Source of the DNA: Antedon mediterranea
Lineage: Eukaryota > Animalia > Echinodermata
Reading direction: 5' to 3'
Assembly: GCF_964355755.1 (NCBI RefSeq)
Contig: NC_092677.1
Coordinates: 10,004,101 to 10,068,100, forward strand
DNA: 64,000 nt
Below, in pieces: positions 1 through 22,300 of this stretch. Below the pieces are notes generated by a model. It was not told the origin of the DNA and ran no database searches. It saw only the letters and a list, made by a program, of their open reading frames with translations. The translations under genes and the position numbers were made by a program. The stretch's first letter is position 1. Each line of letters begins with the position of its first letter.

Positions 1-403
1 TCTCGAAAACTACTTGTATAAAAACCTTCATTTTGTACAAGAGTTATAATTAGTGATGTGTAATTTTAAAATATAATTTGATTTAAAAACATTATTTCGT
101 TTCAAATTCACCCGTTTGTTTTTGCCATTCCCGTTATAGTGTTAGTCAACTGAGACTATTGTTAGTTGGAAGGCTGGTTACATAGGCCTAACATCTACAC
201 CAAACACATGCTTGTAGTGAAATTAGCCTAAATCACACACAAAAATATACAGTATTATATATACAAGTACATTTTTCCAGAAAAGTAGAGAGAGAATTAT
301 TAATTATCTGTAAAACTAACAATACTTAGCAAAAGTATAAAATAAATGCGAAACAGCAAAAAGGAAAATTAATATTCCAAGATTTCCTTCTTTCTTTTTG
401 ACA

Positions 404-930
404 TGAATTTGAGTCGCCGAGCGGTTAAGGCAGGGGCGCCGCAAACCATAGATATACAATCGGCACAGGTTCAAGTCACTCCTCGACCATTGTTCTGGTA
501 GTAGAACAAGTCTTCTCGGATAAGGACTTAAAACGAGAGGTCCAGTGTACATTTTAAAGAACACAGTATACCGTTCAGAAGATAAGGAGGTTACACCGGT
601 GTACTGGTCCATTCAGCCCCTGTCGTTGGCAAACAAACGGCAGCCGTTTGGTGGCAGCACTCAACACAAGACCTTTAGGGGAGTTGTGGTATGTATCATC
701 CACACCTGTGCGCAATTCAGACCAATAGGCTGCATGCGAGTCGCAGGTTATTCCCCCAACAAACAAACCACTGCTTTCAATGCATACCAAAATGAGACTC
801 ACATAATACTAACAAACATCTGGTATCGTAAGAGTGACTGTGCCACACAGTGCCTTCTTCCACAAGTTTTAATAATACGTCCAGCTTATAAAGCGTTTAA
901 TGCACAAAGCCTCTAAACGCTTCACATTTT
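404..930 (+). mobile_element. tRNA-derived SINE with Deu/Nin-type central domain (DeuSINE-like)
   Basis: Head has A-box-like GTCGCCGAGCGGTTAAGGC and B-box GGTTCAAGTC. Body 510-614 (GTCTTCTCGGATAAGGACTTAAAACGAGAGGTCC...TTAAAGAAC...GGTTACACCGGTGTACTGGTCCA) resembles the Deu-domain consensus as I recall it. Ends are approximate. Confidence 0.65.
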
Positions 931-2085
931 TTGGATCAAACAAGTCTGGAAACATACTCCCATAATGTTGCAGCCAGTAATCAGAACAGTTTTGTTTGTG
1001 CACCTGGGTAGAAAAATGCCTGGAAAAGCCAATCAAAAGTTAAATACCCGAAATTCATGTAACCATGGAGAAATATAACAAGGAAAACTACAAAGGATTG
1101 GAATTCTAATTTGAGATAATATAAACAGCACCATACAATATTATTACTATTAGGAGCATTGTGTGCATGCTTTAAACATTGTGACAAAAGTTCCTGAACA
1201 AAAGGACAAAGAATTCTATATGCCAATTTCCGAGAACTAAACAGTACAGTATCAATGACAAACCAAATATAGGCCTACATATTTAGTTAGTCTTTCAACC
1301 GGAAACGATTATATGTCAACTGTACTGGTGCATAAAAACTGATAATCAATTTTAAATAGGTTCTTATTAAACAAACAAGATAGTATATGAAAAGAAGCCA
1401 GTTGAATATAGGCCTTACAATTTTCATAATCTTGACATCACAGGAACAGTACAAGAGAAATTTTCCACTCCAGTGCACAATGAAGTCATGGCAGTTGATT
1501 TTGAAAACTAGTTTTTAGGGAATTCCCCATAAAGATATTCACACTCTGTTACAAACACCGAATTAAAAGAGTAAAAAACAACTGAATAAAATAAATATTT
1601 TAAAGTAATTTTTTAAAACTAGATCATGAATTTTTATTTTTTACCTCCCTGAATAAATTGTGGTGTTGTGCCGTGTTCTCAGTTCTACAAAAATAGCAGC
1701 CAGCAGTGTAATAAAAGTCTGGTTTTTCTCTGGGCTGAGAAAATCATTAGTTTAGTCGTCCATTTGTTCAAAATTACATTTCTTATAACAATAACATTTC
1801 CCTGATACACAACTTCCAAAAAACGGAACAGTCTTTATTTTCAAGAAGAATGGCAAAAATGAAATATTGAATTTAATTAAACATATGATATTATAATTTC
1901 AGATTCGCTTCTCATATGTTGAAAACAAAATCAACTTTCGTTTATAATTTAACAATAAAACAAAACTCCATATAAATGTTTTGTTTATAAAATATTGCAT
2001 CAAATATAAGATCTATTTTTTGCCAACTCACTATGACCCTTGAACTCTCCAATTATTATTACTGTACTCTTGACCTCTCCAATCA

Positions 2086-11624
<9,539 letters not shown>

Positions 11625-11876
11625 CTTCCCAACAAGAACAAACGTGAATGAAGAATGAATTTATCGTCAGCAGGAGCAAAGAATATATATCACAAGAATG
11701 AGTATTCCTCGATTTTTGCATGAGAAATTTGTAACAGAGAGCTCCAGTGAGTGATGCCCGCCCTCATAAGGGCGGATGTATACATACTAAATAAGACTTG
11801 ATTTAATAGATATTATACATGTCACATTAAATAGAATTATGATAATAGTTTTTGCAATTGTAAACTATTTTATAAT

Positions 11877-13088
11877 CAGGGCATCACGTATGCAAAACCC
11901 AGGAGAGCAACAAATCGCTCTCCTCAAATCACCGAGGAGAGCAATTCGCTCTCCTTGCAAAAATTTTAAATCGCTCTCCTCAAATATCAACAAATGTATA
12001 CTGTACCTCTCCCCTAAAATCCCCCACACCCACCTTTACACACAGTATTTTCCGTGGGGATCGTATTATTCTACAGTAAAAAAACTCAAGCCAATTTTTT
12101 TTTTATGGCCTGCCTGGGTAGATTGGGTTTCAGGAGCCTGGAGAATCCTGTCCTGGCCAACTATATGCCTTTAGCCTAGCTTTTCTAGCCTAGCTTGTTG
12201 GCCTAGAAATCAGACAGAAAACCTGAAAAGTATTTACCTGCAATTCATAAATTATACAATTCTAACATGCAACAGCCATTAAAATATTGATAATAAGTTA
12301 CAAAGTGTCATTTTAAAATAATTAAGAAAGATATTTGATCGTGTTTACATGTGTCACACATGGGCGCACGCACAATAGGGGAGGGCTGAGAGAGCTTCTA
12401 GAAGATGCTGACGTCACACGTCAGCACATGTTTTGAGGAGGATTTGAGTGACCAAAATTGGTTAGAACTTTCGAAGAAATAATCCATCTTCAAAATGACA
12501 TAATTAAAGCAACCAGCAGCTAAGCTTTTTTAAATAATAAACATTATATTTAGGCCCTCCTATATTAATGTTTCCTTTTAAAATTAAATATATTTTATTA
12601 ACTCGTTCCATAAAAACATAAAGAGAAAAATTATTGGTTGGGACATGATCTTCCTGTAAAGGAGGTGTTTCTATGACACCGTACTGGTTGCACTATGAGG
12701 CGATGAAGTAAACTCGCCCTTGAATCGAATGCGTGCAGGCAGGGGAATCCCCTTTGTTGGTACCTCGCACTGTGAGATGGAGCGCGATGAATTGCTCTCC
12801 TTTTCGAAGGTTGTTGATTGCGATCGCGCTCGTGATCCTTAAAAACGAGGGACTGCCATTAGGCTTGTAGCTTTATAACTTAGCTTATATATTATTAGCC
12901 TAGGCCTAGATTGGTTTTAACTTTTAAAAATCCACGTGTTTTTAGGCCTCTTGACAGAAAAATCAACACTGTCAAAAGCTAGGCTCTATTTTGAAAATTA
13001 AGGAGCGCGATAAATTGCTCTCCTCGAAGCCTGTTGAGGAGCGCGGAGGAGCGCGGTCGCGCAGGCGCTCCTTATAAATGATGCCCTG
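11877..13088. mobile_element. Non-autonomous hAT-like element with 6-bp TSD in the DECR1/BOLA3 intergenic region
   Basis: TIR CAGGGCATCA...TGATGCCCTG flanked by TATAAT on both sides. Repeated sub-terminal GCTCTCCT/AGGAG(A/C)GC motifs. Confidence 0.75.
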
Positions 13089-14145
13089 TATAATACATAT
13101 TTATTAACAAACTAGTGTACATTCACTTTTACAGACAATTATTTACTAACATGCTAAGTTAGTTCACAAAAAAGGCCTTACACAGCAACACCAAAAACGA
13201 ATCGTTACTCAGCACGGCCTATTCTTTACCATTGCCGTGTACTAGTCTACGCCCGGTAAATTAAGTATTGCTTTTATGATATAAATTAGTATAAAATACA
13301 TGTTATTAATAGGACAAAATGTTAAATCTCATTAACATTTACTTGTTTTCCAGAAACAAGTTAAATATAGGAATATTATTAATGATCCTTCGTGAAAACG
13401 CGTAAACACCAACACGCCCGGTCACGCTATCGTAGCGCCCGGTTGATAAAGCAAACTGTTTATACGGCAGTTTTTACTAAATAAATTGCATAAAACAAAC
13501 AATTAAATATCCAAATAGTATTTAACATGATGTTGGCATGTAGTTGATAACATTTTTTATCATGAAAATACTACCGGTGGTCTAGCCTTTGATTATTGAA
13601 ACCGTCACAAAAAGTTGTATACATCCCAGATACATCCACACTTATGGCGGCGCCCTACCACATGGACAATATTACTGTTACAGGGAAAATCGCGGATTAC
13701 TCATTCTTGTGATATATATTCTTTGGCAGGAGGTATGCTTTGCTTATTGACCTTTGACACACACAACCAACCAACCAACCAACCAACCAAAAGTCGCGAT
13801 AGAGAAATATACAAAGTACATGTGTTTTGTTTTTTTTATCATAGATAGGCCTACCACCCTAGAAGTGACAAAAATACATTTTTTTTAAATCGTATAAATG
13901 TTACGATCTATTCTAAGGAATCGTATTGTAAGTTTCTCTACTGATTTCTCCTATGATATATAGATAAGGATTTATTTATGAAAAGTACAAATCAATAGTA
14001 ATTAGTATTGTTTAATGCTAGCTTTGCTATCCGATGGGGCCGCCAACCAGGCCTAGACTAGAGGGCCTAGAGTAGTTAGTTAGTAGCCTAGGCCTGGCTA
14101 GGCCTAGTTAGTTAGGCGCGCCTATATAGCCTAGTCTTTACTACC

Positions 14146-15945
14146 GGTTTACGATGAAATCGGTCGCGTCTGAAATCGGTCGCGTTTGAAATCGGTCGCG
14201 ATAAAATCAACTTCCGGTATTTTGTATGGCGCGCCGCTAGAGCTATACGTTTGAAATCGGTCGCGTTTGAAATCGGTCGCGCTATTTTGTATGGAGCGAG
14301 ATGCATGCTAGCGGGATATACATTTTCTTCGTTTATATAGTTTATTTAATTGATATTTTTTAGGAACTAGATTATTTATGTGGATATTTTTTATTTTGGT
14401 TAATAAATATTTATTATCATTTTTTTTTTATTTCACATGTCTCGGAGAAGAAGGACTGTGTCTTTTCTAAATGGCCATTTCTAAACACATTTAAATATTT
14501 TATTAGGCATATAATAATTTACCTCTATTTTATTATGCACTGTGTAATTAATATATTATATAGAGAATATACGTCTGTGTCTTTTATTAATCAAACAATA
14601 TATAGCCCGTAAAGCCAGCGTATCCATTTTTATACTTATGCATTCTGTGGCAGATATATCATATCCATGTCGTTAAAAACTTACTATTGGATTACCTTAC
14701 CGTATTTTAATTTCTATTTTATTTATGTCCGTACGTTATGTAGGATAATATTAAGTTTAGGCCTATAATGAATATTGTTGAGGCAAATCACGTGTATATT
14801 TTTATTTCTAATGTTTAGGCCTAAAATATTTTCTAGTAAAAATGATTATTATATGCGGATCGTTAAAAGGCGAGTTACTGAAATAAACCCCGAAATAGGC
14901 CATTAATCATATCGTGGATGCGCCTTCTATGATCATGCAGACGTTAACTGCACGTTATTTTGCTGACGGGGATTCCCTTTAAAAAAAAACACGCACTAGT
15001 GTGTCAAATCATGGACAAAACACGTACGGCGATCGTTGTCCATGGACATGTAAAGATGACGTATAATAGGCCTATTACTAATAACCATACGTTTAAAACA
15101 TCTATAGGCCTGCACGTGTTTTGTGAAACCTAGTTCCATGGTGAAATGATGTATATAATTTACGTATATACCTCGGCAATACTATAGTTTTTAATTTGAA
15201 TATCTTTTATTTCTATATATTTTCTATACATTTATAATAATCACTAGGCCTATCATTGTACAGTTTAGATTGATATATAACGGCATATTATTTTATTAGT
15301 ATTATCCTAAAACCATGCTCACGTAAGAGTGGCGGATATCGAACGTAAAAATCATCGTCATACATCATCTTCCTTTATTGCATAAACCTCATTGAGCTGG
15401 TATCCACTTGCAGGTATAGAACTAGTTTCGTAATTAACTGTGATAAAAAAATACGCAATAGGCGCGTCTACTTGTTTAATTCAACATTTTTAAAACTTTA
15501 AACAGTGGCATGCTAATCTTTTCAAAAACTTAAACAATATTCAATAACACTTTTTAAAACGATTTTCTAAACGAACACATTACAATTATTCATTGACACG
15601 GTCTGTAAGATAAAATGAAAACACAAATTATTTATAAATAATGAGATAAATATTTATATTTAAGCCTACTGTACTAAAAAAATAATAACGATCGAGGTAA
15701 ACAAAATGTTAATAGTATTAGTTAGAAATTCTATATTCAAAATTAACTAAAAACATAATTAGCGTTTTCATTAAAAATGTATCGTAGTGCGTCCCATGCA
15801 AAATAGCGCGACCGATTTCAAACGCGACCGATTTCAAACGCGACCGATATCATTAAACGTATAGCTCTAGCGGCGCTCCATACAAAATACCGGAAGTTGA
15901 TTTTATCGCGACCGATTTCAGACGCGACCAATTTCATCTGACACC
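14146..15945. mobile_element. GG...CC non-autonomous element with ~150-bp TIRs and 8-bp TSD (Merlin/MULE-like)
   Basis: TSD TTACTACC at 14138-14145 and 15946-15953. TIRs are built of tandem TGAAATCGGTCGCG motifs. Confidence 0.85.
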
Positions 15946-16378
15946 TTACTACCTCTAGGTAGGGGCCTGAATAGGGGGCCTAGCTAGGCCATACTAGGTC
16001 TACGACCGGTAAGCCTATAGCTAGTCTAGCCTAGTAGGTAGGCCTTCCTCGGACATATAGAGAGCAGAGAGTAGTAGTAGTAGGCTAACTAAAACGCCCA
16101 CATCAGCCTGGCCTGGTGGTGGAGACTGGCCGTGTTGTATGTCAGAGCGCGGCCATGGTGGTCGGAAGTGATTCCCCTACACAGCACATAGACTGGCTTC
16201 TAACTAGCTTTACAAATGACAGAATAAATAAAATATAAAATGCAAGTTTTTAAAATTATTTATGTTTATTGATACATGTCATAATATTAATTAATTAATT
16301 AATTATAGCCTAATAATTATTGATTTGAATTTAAAACCAATTTGATATGTCGGAGGAGAACATGTGACCTATCAAATC

Positions 16379-19300
16379 ATGACAATCTACTTACAGGGTT
16401 CTATATTTCCAAGATGGTTGAGTTCACACACAGAAGGTGAACAAAAAATTGTTAAAGTCTTGAAGACAAAGTTTCCAGAGGCTACTACAATTGAGGTAGA
16501 AGATATTTCAGGTAAAAAAATACAGATAAGTTGAATTAAACTGTATGTGACAATGTCCATATATGGACATAATGATGTCATACCATATTTTTTTCATTTT
16601 TACAAATATTAATGTCCATGATACAACATTTACTCAAGGTGAAATCTTGTTCAAGTGGAGGTCCAAGTGCCAAAATTATGCTTCGTTAACATGTCCCATT
16701 TCCATGTTTCTACACACTCAGCACACCAACTTTTTTTGTTAACTAATACCCTTAGACACAATAATCACGAGGTGTGCCGTTGCAAATTTACTGCAGTCAC
16801 CTTGAAATCCAAGATAGCATTAAAAATGGCTGCACTGTTCATAACTTAATAAATATTTGATGTATTTTGTTGAAAATAAGGTTGATTAATGGCTATTTAC
16901 ATTATCTTTTCATTTTAACTTTACAGTAATGAAATAACCGTTTTTAAGCAAACATATAGAATTTTGAAAAGTAAAATATTGAAGTTGAGGGTGCTATTTA
17001 ATTGACAGGTAGTCTTTAAATACTGATTATGATGAAAATAGATTTATTTTATAGATAATTAAACCTTCTTCCTTATTAATTATTTAAAAGTCATGTTAGA
17101 TAATAAATACATATGAAAAATGTATTATCTGTGTAAATCTAATTAAAACTATATCATTTTATGAATTATGTTAATTAACTATTACATGTTTATAAAAACA
17201 ATTAAAGGCGGGTCCAGTTATTTCCACCTATTCTGCACTGTATGTAGTATGTATACAGTACGGTAAATAGTGTATACTGTATATAGACACAAAATAGAGG
17301 GCACACTAACATTTTATTTTCTTCAGGTCACAATGGCATAATCGTTTTTTCTGTGCGCAATACTGTAGTCTAACGTATGACGTACACGTAGCGTTTACGC
17401 GGCGGATAACCTAACTAAGATTTTTTTCTATTTTATTAATTATACTGGCCATCTTATCTACTCTTACTAAATATTAAAGGTATGTTGTCTCCCTACAAAA
17501 AATAATAAATAAATACCATTTTACTGTCACATTAAATAGTTTATCCACTGTGGCCAACAACTGGATCAAGAAAAAAAATTGTTTACTGAAAAATCTATAA
17601 TTTAAAGCAAAAAATAATTTGTCGAACAATGGTTTTTGGTGAAAATTAACCATTTATTTTGTCTTTATAAGTAAGTGAAACGATTATTTTTGTTTGTTTT
17701 TTTCTATGGAAGTGAATAACTTTATTAAAACTTCAAAATGGTCTTCATTTGTTATGTTTTTTGGGGAATAATACATTTTTAATAATTTTGATTATTATTA
17801 TAAATACCTGAGGAATTGGCAACCAACAGGCATGCATTCCAACGATAAAATATTTCTATAAATTTATACAACTAATAATTGCATTTTTGCTAGTTTATTG
17901 CATATAAATGAAAGTTTCCTATTATAGTGTTTTCTAAACAATTTGCAAGAATTGCTATTTTTGGTTTGATAGCAATTTTTTTTTTATTGATAGGTGTATT
18001 TTTAAATGTAATACTAGACAGAGATAGCTTCCATTCAACTGTTAATATACCCGACAACTTCCTTAATAAATACTTGTGACTTTGTTTCCTTGTACTGTAC
18101 TTTTGAGTTGCTTTGAAGTTTAACAAACACCTTTCTTCCAAACATAGGACAAATATTTGAAAAGCTGTCATTTGTCTGAATGCTAATTTAATTCTATTAT
18201 ACAATCAGAGGGAAATCCCAAACTTTAATTCTAGACTTTCTTTTGTCTCAAGAACCCTTTTGCTGAGTACAGATTTATTATCCCTTTCAAGACTATATGT
18301 AAAAATATTTGGTTTTTTTCAGGAGGTTGTGGGGCCATGTATCAAATACATATCGAATCAGAAGTATTTTCAAACAAAAGAATAGTTATGCAACACCGAA
18401 TGGTTAATGAAGTAAGATTACTATTAATATTAGTTGATAATTTACATTTATTTTAATTTGATTTTTTTGTTACATGTTAATGTCTCGTCATGTTGTATTT
18501 CTGTGAGGGTCCCTAATGATCAGTTTTGACTCGTAAAATATTGTTGAAATAAATAAAATAAAAAAGAAGTGTTACATAAGTTTTAAGATGGAAGGTTACT
18601 CCTGGCAGTTTAAGAAGGAAATAAATGTACATTTTGTGGTAGATGACCTCAAACAGGATTTTAAGATCACTTAATCTAAGGGCCTGTTTCTGCTGAGCAG
18701 AAATAATCGATTATTAACCGTTTATTTTTTTAATCGATTATTTTTGGGCAGCAGAAACGGCGCAAAATAAAATAACCGATTAAAAATAACCGATTAAAAA
18801 CACTCAATCCATTGCGTGTTTTAATCGATTATTTCTTGTTTTAACCGATTATTGCGGAGCAGTTTTGAGCTGCAACACAAATAGCGATTATCGTGACGTC
18901 ATATTTTACCCGAGGTCAACTCGTGAATATGGGGAAAAACCACAGAGTCGACCATGCTGTTTATTCGCGGGAGTACGATCGAAGCATCAACAACAACATG
19001 TGGACTGACGAAATAACGCGCTATGTAATCATTTTGTGGGGGGAAGAAAAAACAAGTGGAAGGCTGCAGGGCAATAAAAAAGACTCACAAATGTATAAAA
19101 AAATTGCAAAATCTGTTGAGAAGGAGTTTAATGTGAAGCTAACCGTGTTACAGATCACGAATAAATTGAAGAATCTGCGGCGACAATTTACTGTCGCCAA
19201 AGACAACAATGAAAAGTCGGGGAGGGAAAGGATAACATGTCCTTTCTACGACCTCCTCGACAATATCCTCGGAGATCGTGCATTGCACAATCCCCCTCAC

Positions 19301-22300
19301 GTAATGGAAGGGGGACAAAGACTGAATGCAGAAGAGAACCAGGGTAAGTAGGCTACATCTATAAATAAATCATCGCCGATCGATTGTTAAAGCCTACTAG
19401 GGTGTGGCCATGCCTGTCTCCCATAGTGATGATAGCACTGGCCTACCCTATCTAGACTAGCCTAGCTAGGCCTAGACCTACTTTACTTAATTATTAATAA
19501 TAATAAAACCCCAATATTAATATATGACTGTGATTAAAATCGCTTGAAACTTTTCTTTATTTACTACAACTTTAGCCGGCCTCCATCTTTTAATCCCCGA
19601 CATACAGTATATTGTAGCCCCAGACTAGATTGTTCAGTGCCTAAACTAAGCAATATTTAATTTTCATTTCTATAACTACTGATCCTTCTGTAGTGTTGGG
19701 TTAAATACTATAAATAATATTACTAAATAGTTTCGCCTTTTTTCCTTCAGATTTTGACCGTCAAGCTATTGACAATACAACAGGTAATAATGACAACAAT
19801 ATTCATTTGTAGAAACTAAATACAGTAAAATGGCATATTTATTGATTAATATAATTAATGGTGTTAAGTGGTTCTCATCTTTTCTTGTGTTTAAATAATA
19901 TGGTAATGTTGCATTTTATATAGATGACAGTGAATTAGATGGCAGTAATGCAGATGCAGAAAGTGTTGATGAAAGTGTTGATGACAGTATTGAGGATCCA
20001 AGGGAAAATCAAGACCAACCAGTACAAAATGCTGGTGAGTAATAACTATATTCATTATATAATTAATTCTGTATATGAATATTTGTATGTGAAATCACAA
20101 ATAATTACTAAACGTAGTCAATATGCTTGCAATGCAGCATCTGAAGGTAATTTTTTCTTATTACTTTTAGGTGCACAGCCACTAAAAAAAAAACCCAAAA
20201 AAACAAAGCTGGAACAATCGTTTAAGTTGCTGACTGACATGATGTCCAAGCAGGATGAACAACTTGAAAATCGGCTGCTGCGACAAACCGAAGAACAGCA
20301 GCAATGGATGCAGCGGATGGCTGAAGCAGCAGAAAAGAGTAGGAGGGAAGAGCATGCCAGGATGATGGACCTGTTCAAGATGATGGTACAGCAGCCACAT
20401 CAACAGCCACAATATTATCCACACCAACAGCCACAATATACGCAACAAAGAACAGGTCAAGCACAATATACACAGCCACCACCATATCAAGGGTATAGCT
20501 TGCTGGAAAACCGTACACACAATTCACCAAATCCAATCAATACGATGCAAGCAACACCATTCCAACGTTCACAAGCACCTCATACTTTAACTCGCCCACC
20601 TCATAATTTAACTCGCCCACCTCATACTTTAACTCGCCCACCTCATACTTCCACTCGCCCACCAACCGATGAAGACATCCCAACATATTTGTCCATATAA
20701 ATTCATCCAGATCTTTCAAAAATGAATGCAATAGTTATACAGTATCAACAAAATGTTTTTTTCAACATTTACAGGTTTCTCTTTTTTTTTATTTTTTCAT
20801 AAAAATCCCATTCCCTACGTTTTGTAAAAATATTGCATAAATAGTACTGTACTTTTACAACGTTAAACCAGGTCATTCCTATGTACATTTTATGGTAAAT
20901 AATGATAAGAAAGAAACACTGCACTACCTAATGTATGTTTGGGGTTATAGCAGACTTCATAAATTATTAGAATCAACTTATTTTCCACATTTTTAATCAT
21001 TTAAAGACTGAACAGTTATCGCAATATTATTACATTAAATGTAGTTTGTGACCTTAAATTAGGTCTAAAAAAAGTAGGGAACACGAATTTAAACTACTTT
21101 CCAAACTGCAATATTTTACCTCAGTGATTTAACTTATTTTCTCTAGAACAGAACTTTTGTAGGAAAATTGATTGCATGCTTAAATTATTTACCATAATTG
21201 CATTATTAGTTATTAGTTTTAGATGTTTATTTTTAAACAAAATATTTTTACGCCGTATTATTTGTCTTTCAACAAGGTATTTTTCTACATATTTATAGCA
21301 TGTTTATAACATACATAGTGGTGTTGTATAAAAAAAAAATGTTTGCGTCCAGAAAGAAAACACAGTAGATATACAACAGAAATTTAGTAGGAAAAGTGAT
21401 TGCATGCTTAGATTATTTACCGTAATTGCATTATTAGAAACCATGTATATTTTTTTAGATGTTTATTCGTTCATTTTGGAAAAAAGTTATAAATTAACAA
21501 CCAATATTTGTTTTTAACAAAGTATTTTTCTACATAGTTATAGCATGTTTTAAATATAATATATATATAGGTCTAGTGTGTTGTATAAAAAAAACATTCA
21601 GAAAGAAACCTCATTACTTCTAAACTGCAATATAAAACTTGACTGTGTGGTGTAATTTCAAAAAATTACAAAAGAGCTTTACAAATAGTGTTATATTTAT
21701 ACTGTATATGTATTACCTTTATTCTATTTAGAAACTGAATAGTTTAATTTGCAAATAAATCACTTGGAGTAAAGTGATCAGAAATAGTTTTTATATTTGG
21801 TGCAAGTTACAATAGTTTGTTATTGCAGTTCTAATGTCTAACGCATCTGGGGCTGGATTATCAAAAACATTAATATTGTTTGCTTCATCTTCAATGGGAA
21901 AATCAGGCATTGCTTCTTCTATTGCATCATTTTGTTCAATACAAAAGTTGTGCAGTACACAGCAACTGCTCACGATCAAAGGGACTTTTGAAATATGCAT
22001 GTCATTTCGACGCATTAACATCCTCCACCGGCCTTTAAGGATACCAAAGGCACGTTCAACAACCATACGGGCTCTGCTTAGCCTGTAATTGAACACACGT
22101 TGTCTCCTGTTAAAGTTACCACGCTCTGGAAAGGCTTTCATGAGCCATGGCATCAAAGGGTAGGCTGGGTCACCGATAATAAACACCGGCACATCCACAC
22201 CATCAATTTGAAGGGAAGTGTTCTGGAATGAATAAAAATATATAATGGGTTAAATAAATATTAAAAGTCTCAATAAATTTGCTTTTTTAAACCTATTTTA

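Noticed and set aside
19939-20170. N-terminal part of the listed 253-aa ORF
   Set aside because: It is a wrong-frame exon plus intron sequence. The real Myb protein uses another frame in 19924-20034 and joins at 20171.
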